From positions 1 through 34,829 of the IMG/VR virus record IMGVR_UViG_3300038492_000672: a stretch of 34,829 nucleotides of DNA. The stretch is one strand, 5' to 3'. Source of the DNA: a virus. Taxonomy: Duplodnaviria > Caudoviricetes. The position numbers and the translations under genes were made by a program. The notes under the pieces are model-generated. The model was given only the letters and a program-made list of their open reading frames with translations, made no database searches and was not told the origin of the DNA. This document shows positions 9,378-17,895 of this stretch, in pieces; positions within the stretch are counted from its first letter, which is position 1; the number at the start of each line of letters is the position of its first letter.

Positions 9378-9408
9378 TAGTAAAAACTCCCTTTGTGATT
9401 ATCTCTGA

Positions 9409-11151
9409 TTAATTGCCAAGTTTCTGCCCGCCGAGATAGCCATTGCCGACGTATATTTTGATGCTATCGCCGACAGTTATGGTAGAATCTTGTTGTTGAA
9501 ACGCTCCCCAATACCCCCCATTCTTATAAATTTCGAATAGCTCTAAGGTAAAATTGTAATTCAAGCCTGCAGGTTGTGCAGGGGCTGTAACCTGAATATT
9601 AGGTCCGCTGTTATTGGTAAGAATGTTATGGGCAAAATATCCGCTATCGGTTGACCCGCCCCAGCGCATCGCGCCATTTGTCCCGCAATCAGTAACGATG
9701 TTGCCAATCACCGAAATGTAGGTACCATCATTCAGCTTGATGCCCTCGAAGAAGCCATTTACAATGTTAGTGGTGATTAAGACCTTGCGAGTATAGCTGT
9801 TGGCAGATTGTCGTACCTGGATACCAGTTCCAGCAAGAATGGTTGAACCTTGCAGGATATTATGTGAAATGATAACATTTTCGACATCGAGTTTGAATGT
9901 GGTAGCATCAATCCACTTAAAACCATCCCTAAGATTGAAACCACTGTTGCCGGCAAGAATCATGTTCCCAAAGTATGCGTCTCCCTGATCCTCGCTGGAA
10001 AACTCAAACAACGTTCCGGCATTCCAGGCAGTGTTGTTGACAATCAGGATACCCATGCTCGAATCCGAGTGAACTGACCATTCAAGTGCGTCACCTGGTG
10101 CGCCAGATCCGATGAAGGATCTGAAATCAATAGTATTGTTGGAAATGATGACAGCTCTTTTATTGCCTTTTTTCCCGACTGATATACCAAGGCAACCGTT
10201 TACAATATTGTCAACGGCAGCAATCGAGTTGTTTGTAATGCGCAGTCCTCTGGTTGCCCCAAAATACCCGATTCCCTCAGTACCAAAAAACTCTGCATCA
10301 TTATTGGTAATCTGGAGATGATCAACGGAGCCACCTTCATCGGTAAAGATGAAGTCATTGACATTGCGCGCAATGTTCTTATGAATATCAGCAAATTCGA
10401 TATGCCCCAGATCAGCATCAAACACTATAGCTTCAGCCTCTGAATTAAAAATCTTGCATTCTTTTACAGACACATATCTGATCGTATCGTTAGCAGTACT
10501 GGGCAGGAACTTGATGGTCTGGTCTTCGCTGTTCTGAATGGTCACGCCTTTGAAATGAATATTGCCGATATTCTTGTTGTTGGTCTGAACCAGTATCAGC
10601 ACGTTGTTGACCGATTGACCTTCATTGCGGCCATCCAGGATTCCTGACCCCTCAATCAGCACATTGCTCGATCCGGAGATATTCATGAGCGGGGTATTAA
10701 CAGAGTTTGCCAGGGCCACATGCCCATCAATCCTGATATGCACTGAATCCTGATCAGTGATGTTAATGGCTCCGCCGACATAATAGATGTCATCTGCTTT
10801 GGGGATGTAGAGAATTTTGTTGTTTTTCGCACAATACTGAATGGCAGTCTCGATGGTGAGCTCATTATTGGAGCCGGGGCCGGTCTCTGCCCCCCAGGCA
10901 TGAATACTGATCATGCCCATATCTTTTGCCCATTTCCTGAGGCCTGATTTATCAATCTGATTATTGCTGGCCGGATCACCCGCAATTGCCTTGATCTTGT
11001 TGTCTGCTGTGAGGCTGTCAAAGAAGGAGGTGCGGTCAGTGCCCTTCACGAAGAGCTTCTCTTTGGCGTTAAGGGAATCAATCCGGATCTGGGAAAAAAG
11101 GTTTACAGATAACAGAAGACATATAAAATGTATGAGCAGTCTTATGACCAA
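9409..11151 (-). CDS. Right-handed beta-helix (tailspike/pectate-lyase-like) protein with N-terminal signal peptide
   Basis: MVIRLLIHFICLLLSVNLFS|Q; AWGA..G..NN..TIETAI, LYIP, IEGSGILDG and repeated IxNN/IxGN rungs. Confidence 0.85.
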   Translation of the reverse strand: MVIRLLIHFICLLLSVNLFSQIRIDSLNAKEKLFVKGTDRTSFFDSLTADNKIKAIAGDPASNNQIDKSGLRKWAKDMGMISIHAWGAETGPGSNNELTIETAIQYCAKNNKILYIPKADDIYYVGGAINITDQDSVHIRIDGHVALANSVNTPLMNISGSSNVLIEGSGILDGRNEGQSVNNVLILVQTNNKNIGNIHFKGVTIQNSEDQTIKFLPSTANDTIRYVSVKECKIFNSEAEAIVFDADLGHIEFADIHKNIARNVNDFIFTDEGGSVDHLQITNNDAEFFGTEGIGYFGATRGLRITNNSIAAVDNIVNGCLGISVGKKGNKRAVIISNNTIDFRSFIGSGAPGDALEWSVHSDSSMGILIVNNTAWNAGTLFEFSSEDQGDAYFGNMILAGNSGFNLRDGFKWIDATTFKLDVENVIISHNILQGSTILAGTGIQVRQSANSYTRKVLITTNIVNGFFEGIKLNDGTYISVIGNIVTDCGTNGAMRWGGSTDSGYFAHNILTNNSGPNIQVTAPAQPAGLNYNFTLELFEIYKNGGYWGAFQQQDSTITVGDSIKIYVGNGYLGGQKLGN

Positions 11152-11621
11152 TTTGAACCACCTTCGATTTTCTCTGATGTGACTGCCCCGTTGGCAATCT
11201 TGTCAGTCGTGATCATGTTATTGGCAATCTTATCTGTAGTAACGGCATCATCAGCAATCTTGTCTGTGTCAATTGCTCCGGAGGCTATTTTATCAGGCGT
11301 GATTGCACCAGCAGCGATCTTGCTTGCACCTACTTCATTGTCAGGAAGTAGCGTGTTTCCCTCCAGCCAGAAGCCGATATAGCCTTCCTTGTTTACACCG
11401 TCGACGGCCAGCACCGCCCGCTGGGTAGTGCCGGTGTAGTCATAAACAAAGTTTGATGAACCGGGCGGATCTTCTGCGAGCGTCGCAATCAAGGCTCCGC
11501 GGTTATCTCCCGCGCCGGCATCATAGACATAGAGCTGCACTACGGCCGAGGCTTTGGGTTTAAGCACATTGGTGCCACCAACATCATGAAGCTCTGTAAC
11601 GAGCACACTGAATTCAGCCAT
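11142..11621 (-). CDS. Fibre-like protein with 10-aa AITxDKIA repeats
   Basis: About six tandem (G/D/N)A(I/V)TxDKIA units after a beta-rich N-terminal domain. Confidence 0.75.
   Translation of the reverse strand: MAEFSVLVTELHDVGGTNVLKPKASAVVQLYVYDAGAGDNRGALIATLAEDPPGSSNFVYDYTGTTQRAVLAVDGVNKEGYIGFWLEGNTLLPDNEVGASKIAAGAITPDKIASGAIDTDKIADDAVTTDKIANNMITTDKIANGAVTSEKIEGGSNWS
11165..11335 (-). repeat. Degenerate 30-bp coding tandem repeat
   Basis: gcaatctt/gcgatctt recurs every 30 bp on the + strand and encodes the DKIA repeats. Confidence 0.8.
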
Positions 11622-12100
11622 TATGCAATCACCACCCCGGGCAGGACGTGGGTATTGCCAATAGCGGGGGCTATCTCCTCAAAGAAGTCACTGATCTTAA
11701 CTGCACTTCTCTGGAGCTCGACTTCGGCCAGGAAGACATTGGATAATCCATACTCGTATTTGGGCGTGATGGTCATGATGAATCTCTTGTAGCGGTGTTT
11801 TTTGAAGTTGTTTGACCGGTTAACGAGCAACAGATCCACATTAATGTTGCGGTAGGACTCAAGCGTAGAAACTTTTGCCAAATCGGTTTCCAGCGCGCTG
11901 AACTTAAGCAGGTAGTCACTGGAGATATGATAGAGTCTGCGGGAGAGCTTGATGATGCGCTTATTGCTGACTGTCAGGCTGGTGGTGCCCTCCTGTATCC
12001 ATCCGACTTCAGTCCATTCAGAGAGGTTTTCTGCATCACTGGAAGGATAGCCAACATAGACATCAGCCGCTATTGACCGGATGTTAGAAAGATCAGCCAC
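11621..12100 (-). CDS. Tail tube-like protein, paralog B
   Basis: NIRS.A..V, WTEVGWIQEGTT.LT, HIS and ALET..A...LE, D.LLV.R align with 8916..9377. Confidence 0.7.
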   Translation of the reverse strand: MADLSNIRSIAADVYVGYPSSDAENLSEWTEVGWIQEGTTSLTVSNKRIIKLSRRLYHISSDYLLKFSALETDLAKVSTLESYRNINVDLLLVNRSNNFKKHRYKRFIMTITPKYEYGLSNVFLAEVELQRSAVKISDFFEEIAPAIGNTHVLPGVVIA

Positions 12101-12425
12101 TGAGTTTGTTCCAAATCAGAGCGCCGATGCCCAAGAAGATGGGAGTTGCAATAAGGCCAATGATCCAGGTCAGGATCTTGTTGAAACGTCTGAGGTCGCT
12201 GACCTGCTTTTCCATTACTGCTGTTTGTGCCTCGATCCTGCTCTGCCGTGCATAAAGCTCCTTGATCTCCTCCAATGCCTTGGCAGCACTGGCCTGAGCC
12301 TGGGCGATTTCCATGAACACGCCTTCTTTGGGGTCCAAAATAGCGTCCAGTTTTTGGTTGATACCGCCGATCATGCCCTCGATAGAGTCCCGCAAATCCC
12401 TTAAGTCTTTCTGAGTCACTTCCAT
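12093..12425 (-). CDS. Coiled-coil protein with C-terminal TM helix (XhlA-like lysis accessory)
   Basis: Heptad-rich body followed by ILTWIIGLIATPIFLGIGALIW. Confidence 0.6.
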   Translation of the reverse strand: MEVTQKDLRDLRDSIEGMIGGINQKLDAILDPKEGVFMEIAQAQASAAKALEEIKELYARQSRIEAQTAVMEKQVSDLRRFNKILTWIIGLIATPIFLGIGALIWNKLSG

Positions 12426-12427
12426 GT

Positions 12428-12676
12428 TTATCCTGCGCGATTAGTAGTAACCTTGGGTAATAGTTCAAGAAATTTGATCACGCCATGCCCAAGAAGGCCT
12501 GACGCTGAATAGAAGTAGGTGAAGTTCTCAGCCATCACGCTACCGGTCTTGATTGCCAGTGCCGCAAACACGAATCCAGCTACGAGGCAAACCCACAGGG
12601 CGATACGATTATTGGACAGATCACCATCGGTATTTCTGAGCAGTCCCTTGCCTTCCTTCATGCCTTTATTCTCCAT
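12428..12676 (-). CDS. Putative holin (2 TM)
   Basis: Start reassigned to MENKG (12676); DGDLSNNR followed by two hydrophobic helices. Confidence 0.55.
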   Translation of the reverse strand: MENKGMKEGKGLLRNTDGDLSNNRIALWVCLVAGFVFAALAIKTGSVMAENFTYFYSASGLLGHGVIKFLELLPKVTTNRAG

Positions 12677-12947
12677 TAAATTTCGCTCCGTAGCGGGAAA
12701 GTGGTTCAACCTCGGCAGCGATCTCGCGAGCCGTCTTGCGTGAGATCCGGTAGTTATCAGCATCCCCGAGCTCATCGAGTGCCTTAAGCTCTGCCTCAAG
12801 CTCAGGATTTGTAAAGTCATACATCACGATGGCCTGAAGCGCTTTTGCCTTGGTGGTTTCGGCAATACCGTTTCTGACGGTTATGCCGGGATAGTATTCC
12901 CCGTCCGGGAGCCCTGCCGGCGCTGTGATTGTGTATTGCTCACTCAT
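12666..12947 (-). CDS. Hypothetical virion-associated protein
   Basis: Overlaps the portal stop; in operon. Confidence 0.6.
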   Translation of the reverse strand: MSEQYTITAPAGLPDGEYYPGITVRNGIAETTKAKALQAIVMYDFTNPELEAELKALDELGDADNYRISRKTAREIAAEVEPLSRYGAKFNGE

Positions 12948-14292
12948 CCTCAAGCTCCTCTTCAGCTTGCTGTCGGATCTGCGCTGCCTGTTCCGGGTCA
13001 GTGAGCTGCAATTCCCGCTCTGCTGCTATCTCCTCAGGGGTCAAGGGGTCTTTGCCAAGCTCCGCGCGACCCTCATTGACGAGTAATACCTTTGCCTGAA
13101 CCAGCTTGGTTACCCGCTCAGCCAGTTCCGCTGGCTCACCGATATCCAGCCGGTTTAAGGTGAAGCGCCAGTTTTCAACCCCCAACTGCTTAAGAAGCTG
13201 ATTCACCAGGTGTTCAACCCGGCGCTGCCGGTGCTCGATCACCACTTCCTTGAACATCCGCATCTGTGCGGCTGTCTCATTGCTCCCGCCAAGCTTGCCC
13301 TGCTCATTGATACCGAGCAGTCTCGGCGGCACGCCGTGCACTGCTACGATCTCATTCCGGTTATCTTCCCTGAGCTTTGAGAATGATCCTTCCTTCACAT
13401 CATCAGACAGCTTCTCAATGTTGATTTTGGCATCACTGCTCTGCACCGGGATCACCAGCACCCGGCTATTATTTATGATGCCCTGCATGTTCTTCTTAAA
13501 GAAGCTCTGCACAGCTTTTTGCGATTCAGCAGAGAGCTTGGCACCTTGCAAGGTGATCACAACAGATGGTATTGCACCATTTAGGAAGTAGTGAATATTG
13601 TAGTTGCAGGCATATTTATTTAAGACCGCTGCACCAATGGCCGGGAGGATGTCAGGTATCCCGTAGAAGTTGGAACCCGGATAATAGTTCCGGATGTGAT
13701 AAACGGTGTTGACATTGGAATCAAAATCACTGCCCAGCATCTCCATGTCACGCTTAAAGGCGTTAAAGTAGATCAGCTCAGCACTGCTATCCTCACGCAT
13801 GTAGTAGCCTGGGCGTTCTACCGACTTGCGGGTGAAGATGGCCGGCATATGATAGATATTGGCCGGTTCGCCTTTGCGGTTGTAGTCTATCTCAAGATAG
13901 GCGTTCCCAATCACCTCATAGTCGATCCAGAGCTTGTGCAGAATGTCATAGATCGTTTCATCACTGCGTTCATTGGGGGCCTCAAGGAACTCCATAGCCC
14001 TCTTGTGCTGTTCGTCAGGCTCCTGCTCTCCTTCTATGGGTTGCAAACTCCAGCCCTGACCGGTGGTGACCTGGGACTTGATATTGCAGCAGCGATAATG
14101 CCAGAGTGATTCTTCATAAAGCTCAAGCAACGCCATTGGGGCATATGGCATCGTGCGGCAATCAGCTTCCTCAACCTGCTCCTGAAATGGGTCTTCGTGC
14201 TGCGTAGAGTCCTTGCGCAGACGCTCCATGTCCGGAATAATCAGGTCATCGAAGGTTAATACCTGATCGATTGTTTCTGATGCGTTATCCAT
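12940..14292 (-). CDS. Portal protein (PBSX/XkdE-like)
   Basis: DYEVIGNAYLEI, FYGIP, YFLNGAIPS, IVAVHGVPPRLLGI and VNEGRAELGKDPL motifs. Confidence 0.92.
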   Translation of the reverse strand: MDNASETIDQVLTFDDLIIPDMERLRKDSTQHEDPFQEQVEEADCRTMPYAPMALLELYEESLWHYRCCNIKSQVTTGQGWSLQPIEGEQEPDEQHKRAMEFLEAPNERSDETIYDILHKLWIDYEVIGNAYLEIDYNRKGEPANIYHMPAIFTRKSVERPGYYMREDSSAELIYFNAFKRDMEMLGSDFDSNVNTVYHIRNYYPGSNFYGIPDILPAIGAAVLNKYACNYNIHYFLNGAIPSVVITLQGAKLSAESQKAVQSFFKKNMQGIINNSRVLVIPVQSSDAKINIEKLSDDVKEGSFSKLREDNRNEIVAVHGVPPRLLGINEQGKLGGSNETAAQMRMFKEVVIEHRQRRVEHLVNQLLKQLGVENWRFTLNRLDIGEPAELAERVTKLVQAKVLLVNEGRAELGKDPLTPEEIAAERELQLTDPEQAAQIRQQAEEELEDE

Positions 14293-14686
14293 TGGTCACG
14301 AACTTCCTGAACTCAAACTTCATGAAAGCACCCATTGCCGGGGTATCATTTAACTGCAAACGCTGGATCACAAAATCTGTTACCACCCTCGAGCGCCATC
14401 CGGCTACCTGCAGTGCCTGATTAAGCGTTGCATCCACACGTGTCTGAAATGCTGTATCATCAAAGTTATCAGGGTCTCTTGGCTCAGCATCAAACACGTA
14501 GAGCTCAAATTCAAGCGTCTCATCATAAAGCCCTTGCTGTCCTTTTAGTTCACGGACTTTCTGTGGTGCTGAGATCACCAGTGCCGGGTAGTCCTTGATG
14601 GTAGCGAGATCATTCCACGATGAGTAGTTAAAGCCTGCTACACTGGTAGTGATATGAGTGACTATTGCTTTAAGCTCTGTGATCAT
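14285..14686 (-). CDS. Putative tail terminator/completion protein
   Basis: 133 aa with YPALVI motif; follows the gp10-like gene. Confidence 0.55.
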   Translation of the reverse strand: MITELKAIVTHITTSVAGFNYSSWNDLATIKDYPALVISAPQKVRELKGQQGLYDETLEFELYVFDAEPRDPDNFDDTAFQTRVDATLNQALQVAGWRSRVVTDFVIQRLQLNDTPAMGAFMKFEFRKFVTNG

Positions 14687-15219
14687 ATCTGCCCCGATCT
14701 AATTGTCGATGCTATGTTTCTGGAGATCCGGTCCACCACAAAATCACCCTCTTGTGCGTACACGATGGACAGGAAAGGCTGCGCGCGCGTCCCGAACTTC
14801 GCAATCTTGCTCTGCACGGCCTTCGCTGCCGCAATATCCTGCTGTTGCCTGGTCTTCGCACTTCCCAGACGGCGTTTGGTTTTAACTGAGAAGACGCCGG
14901 ATAAGCCCTTCTTTTTTACCCATTCAACCAGCGGGGATAATGGTGCGTAATGCGGCCTGGTGCCCTCATGGACGAAGACAGAATAGCTCACGCCCGGACC
15001 GACCCGCATCTGCCAGCCAAGCAGCACCTTGTCCACCTGGGCAGTCACTGACTTGCGCAGATCACCGGTAACAGAGATGCCCATCAGGTTGATCTGGCGG
15101 ATAATCCGGGCTCTCAAGCGCTCACCTTCGCGTGTGAGCGATGATTCGATAACCGAATCAATAGCAAATCCGCGGCGTTCGAGCTCTTTGATAGCACTTT
15201 CGATATTAGAAGTGATCAT
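14683..15219 (-). CDS. HK97 gp10-like neck/tail completion protein
   Basis: TGDLRKS, YSVFVHEGTRPH and GTRAQPFL motifs. Confidence 0.85.
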   Translation of the reverse strand: MITSNIESAIKELERRGFAIDSVIESSLTREGERLRARIIRQINLMGISVTGDLRKSVTAQVDKVLLGWQMRVGPGVSYSVFVHEGTRPHYAPLSPLVEWVKKKGLSGVFSVKTKRRLGSAKTRQQQDIAAAKAVQSKIAKFGTRAQPFLSIVYAQEGDFVVDRISRNIASTIRSGQI

Positions 15220-15830
15220 ATCGCGATAAACCCGATCTCACCAAGATCAATGATCGAATCATCACTGGTGTCAACATCGCGGGTCAGATGTGGTTCATAG
15301 AGGCTCAATGCCCGCTCATTGTAATGCTCTACCATCTTCAGGATCTCATCTGTGCCTGCCAGGTTCTGGGTCTGGCTGTTGCTCTGCTGATTAAGCGCTT
15401 TAATGAAACCGCCGTTAACATCTACCCGGGTGCCGAGGGGCACTAATGCTGCTGCAATCGCCAGATAGGTCTCAGCCATACGAAGATCATCAAGACGCGC
15501 ACCATCGCGCTCCAGCCAGCGTGTGCCATCATAATAGACATGATTACCCTTCGTCCAGGAGATCACCCCACCGCCCAGGTCACGCTCAGCATCCTCTGAT
15601 ATCAGATACCAGTAACCGGCCGTGCCGGTCCCGTCAGCGAGCGCGGGTGAGTTCATAGCAGGGTCCCAGCCGCCTGACTGCTCGGCAGCGCTTTCAAGGG
15701 AAGGGTAATCATCAAACCGGGCAGTAAGCACCCGGCTTGCTTCCCCCATAAACGGATCAAGGTCGGAGTCTTCAATTTGAGGATTGATCCGACCATGATC
15801 TTTGACGTGCTGGGCAGTTGTTAAGGGCAT
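15216..15830 (-). CDS. Head-tail adaptor-like protein with an inserted fibre-type module
   Basis: MPLTTAQHVK N-terminus and position after the capsid; internal GWDPAMNSPALADGTGTAGYWY...WTKGNHVYYDGTRW. Confidence 0.6.
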   Translation of the reverse strand: MPLTTAQHVKDHGRINPQIEDSDLDPFMGEASRVLTARFDDYPSLESAAEQSGGWDPAMNSPALADGTGTAGYWYLISEDAERDLGGGVISWTKGNHVYYDGTRWLERDGARLDDLRMAETYLAIAAALVPLGTRVDVNGGFIKALNQQSNSQTQNLAGTDEILKMVEHYNERALSLYEPHLTRDVDTSDDSIIDLGEIGFIAI

Positions 15831-15836
15831 GGAGGT

Positions 15837-16010
15837 TTAGCCCTCTGTTTTATCGTCTTCTTTTTCCTGTCCGAATTCCTTGAAACTGACCTTCAAAGGG
15901 TCAGGCAGCCTGTTGTACTCAGCCTTGGAAATCTGTTGGCCCTTCAATGCCTTGAACTTCGCAGTCCGGACATTGGAGAGGGCCTCATATCCGCTTTTTA
16001 ATCCAGCCAA
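15837..16010 (-). CDS. Small hypothetical protein (57 aa, not in ORF track)
   Basis: TTG start after GAGGA; MAGLKSGYEALSNVRTAKFKALKG...; fills the gap after the capsid gene. Confidence 0.55.
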   Translation of the reverse strand: MAGLKSGYEALSNVRTAKFKALKGQQISKAEYNRLPDPLKVSFKEFGQEKEDDKTEG

Positions 16011-16029
16011 TGGTAAGTCCTCTTAAAGG

Positions 16030-16929
16030 TTAGGCTACGTTTCCGATGACGACCATTTCGCTGATCGCGTAGTTAAAGTCAAGCTTGGCAGTCAGCGTGT
16101 ACTCGATCTTACGCGGACGCGGCTGGCGCATTGCTTCCCGGGTAATGTTCCGGCCAATACCGATTGCCAGGTTGCTGAAGGTGGTCAGCATCGGGCGATT
16201 ATCTGGCCAGGAGCTCACCGGGATCACCGGCCGGCCGTGGTATGGAAGCGCGTCCCGGAACTGCTCGAGGTATTTATCACCACCGATGGTAGCACGGTTA
16301 CCAAGCTGATTCCAGTAGGCATCATAATCGTTAAAGCTCATCAAGTAGACTAAGCCCGGCTCACTGCGGTATTTTGGCGGCAGCAGGCTCCACATGGCAG
16401 GCAGGATGGTATCCTTCCAGTCGGATGACGCATTGGTGTACTTATTCGTAGACCCATCAGCATCAGCGATATCAATCCAGCCATCATTGATGTTGAGGAA
16501 AGCATCACCACTATCCTCATCACCATTGATCGCGCTGTCCTGCAGGTCCTTGGCGAAAGCGGTTGCAAAGTAGGCGTTCAAGGCTGCCTCGACTCCGCCA
16601 CCGGCAATATTCTCTTCGAGAAATGTGTAGGTGACATCGTAAGGCAAGATGACCTCTTTGGTCACCAGGCTCCTGCGCGGAATGGTCACGTTGGCCGTAA
16701 ACCCCGGGTCAGTTCCTTCAACTGCTGCCCTCATCTGGCGGCCGGCAATCGAAATGATGTCCAGGTAGAAAGTGTTTGCTGACATTGGCTGAATCGTTAC
16801 TCTTGAAAGCAGCTCTGATTCACTGCGGACGGTGGTGAGAAAGCGGCGCAGTTGCTGCGGGGTTAACTGACCACCGGTGGTAGTCGCAACAGCGGCTTTC
16901 TGGATGTATTGCTGGATTAAGTCAGACAT
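16030..16929 (-). CDS. Major capsid protein (HK97 fold, XkdG-like)
   Basis: GGQLTPQQ, FLEENI and INGDEDSGDAFLNINDGW motifs; start reassigned to MSDLIQQ. Confidence 0.9.
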   Translation of the reverse strand: MSDLIQQYIQKAAVATTTGGQLTPQQLRRFLTTVRSESELLSRVTIQPMSANTFYLDIISIAGRQMRAAVEGTDPGFTANVTIPRRSLVTKEVILPYDVTYTFLEENIAGGGVEAALNAYFATAFAKDLQDSAINGDEDSGDAFLNINDGWIDIADADGSTNKYTNASSDWKDTILPAMWSLLPPKYRSEPGLVYLMSFNDYDAYWNQLGNRATIGGDKYLEQFRDALPYHGRPVIPVSSWPDNRPMLTTFSNLAIGIGRNITREAMRQPRPRKIEYTLTAKLDFNYAISEMVVIGNVA

Positions 16930-16962
16930 ATTTTTTAAAGGCTCCCTTTTTTCTCGCAAGTT

Positions 16963-17832
16963 TTAGTTCTGGAAAGCTGCCGCAATCGGCCCAAACCAGC
17001 CAAGATCCTCATCTTCTTTACCAACCTTCTTCTTGGGGTCCGGTTGATTGCTGCCGTTGCTGGCCTTTTCAAGCACGTCCAGCCGCTCCTCGAACTTCTT
17101 CAGCGTGGCTGCTGTTTCATCTGAGGCGGTTTTCAGATCCTCCACGCTCTTGGTGACCGGTGCGATGCTTTCTTCAACGGCGCCCTTGGCAGCCTCTGCA
17201 AACATTTTCTTCATTTCTTCTGGTTTCATTTCAGTATCCTTGGGGTTTTGTGTCGTCATGGATTTCACAAATGTGATGATACCCTCAATAATGGGCCTAA
17301 CCAGGCTATCACGCTCCTCATCGCTAAATTGGATGCGATCGGATTTTTCTACCGGCACACGCTCTGCAAAGCCGCCCATAGAGATGCCGGAATACTCACC
17401 CGACTTGATGAGCTTCCAGGTCTCTTGATCCTCAACCTTGATTCCCACCGCCCAGGCACCGGCCTCAGAAAACATCTCATCGCCCTTGCGGACGATAAAG
17501 TTCTCTGCGACATAGCCGTATCTGGCCTGCTCGTTATGATCCTTATCGATATGGGTAGTGCGTGCAGACTTCATGAAGCGGTGCGCTGCCTGCTCGATTT
17601 CAGCAGCAGTGGCCGTATCACCTTGTGAATCAACTTCATCCGGGGCATAAACGATCCCGTAGACCATCTGCTTCTCATCATCGATTTTGCTGATGTTGAT
17701 GGAACGCGAGAGGGTGGGCTCATCTATGGCAGTGCCACTCTTCCAGATCACGGTCTTCTTATTCGCGCCCTTGTTAACGAGCGAGATAAAGCGAACATCG
17801 ATATCTTTCAGAGTGTGGGTTGCTGCATTCAT
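16963..17832 (-). CDS. XkdF-like prohead protease with C-terminal scaffold-like tail
   Basis: ISLVNKGANK, VYGIVYAPDEVDSQGD, IEQAAHRFM, DKDH and GEYSGISMGG motifs. Confidence 0.9.
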   Translation of the reverse strand: MNAATHTLKDIDVRFISLVNKGANKKTVIWKSGTAIDEPTLSRSINISKIDDEKQMVYGIVYAPDEVDSQGDTATAAEIEQAAHRFMKSARTTHIDKDHNEQARYGYVAENFIVRKGDEMFSEAGAWAVGIKVEDQETWKLIKSGEYSGISMGGFAERVPVEKSDRIQFSDEERDSLVRPIIEGIITFVKSMTTQNPKDTEMKPEEMKKMFAEAAKGAVEESIAPVTKSVEDLKTASDETAATLKKFEERLDVLEKASNGSNQPDPKKKVGKEDEDLGWFGPIAAAFQN

Positions 17833-17895
17833 TTCCGGTTGTCCATTTTAGCAGAAATTAAATGTAGGCTGATTTCAGCTTATAGAAAGTTTTGC

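Noticed and set aside
1659-11151. Diversity-generating retroelement or invertible tail cassette
   Set aside because: I found no reverse transcriptase or invertase and noticed no TR/VR-like pair.
15837-16032. Stop read-through extension of the capsid protein
   Set aside because: The capsid frame closes again after about 13 codons; the small downstream ORF is in another frame with its own Shine-Dalgarno and TTG start.
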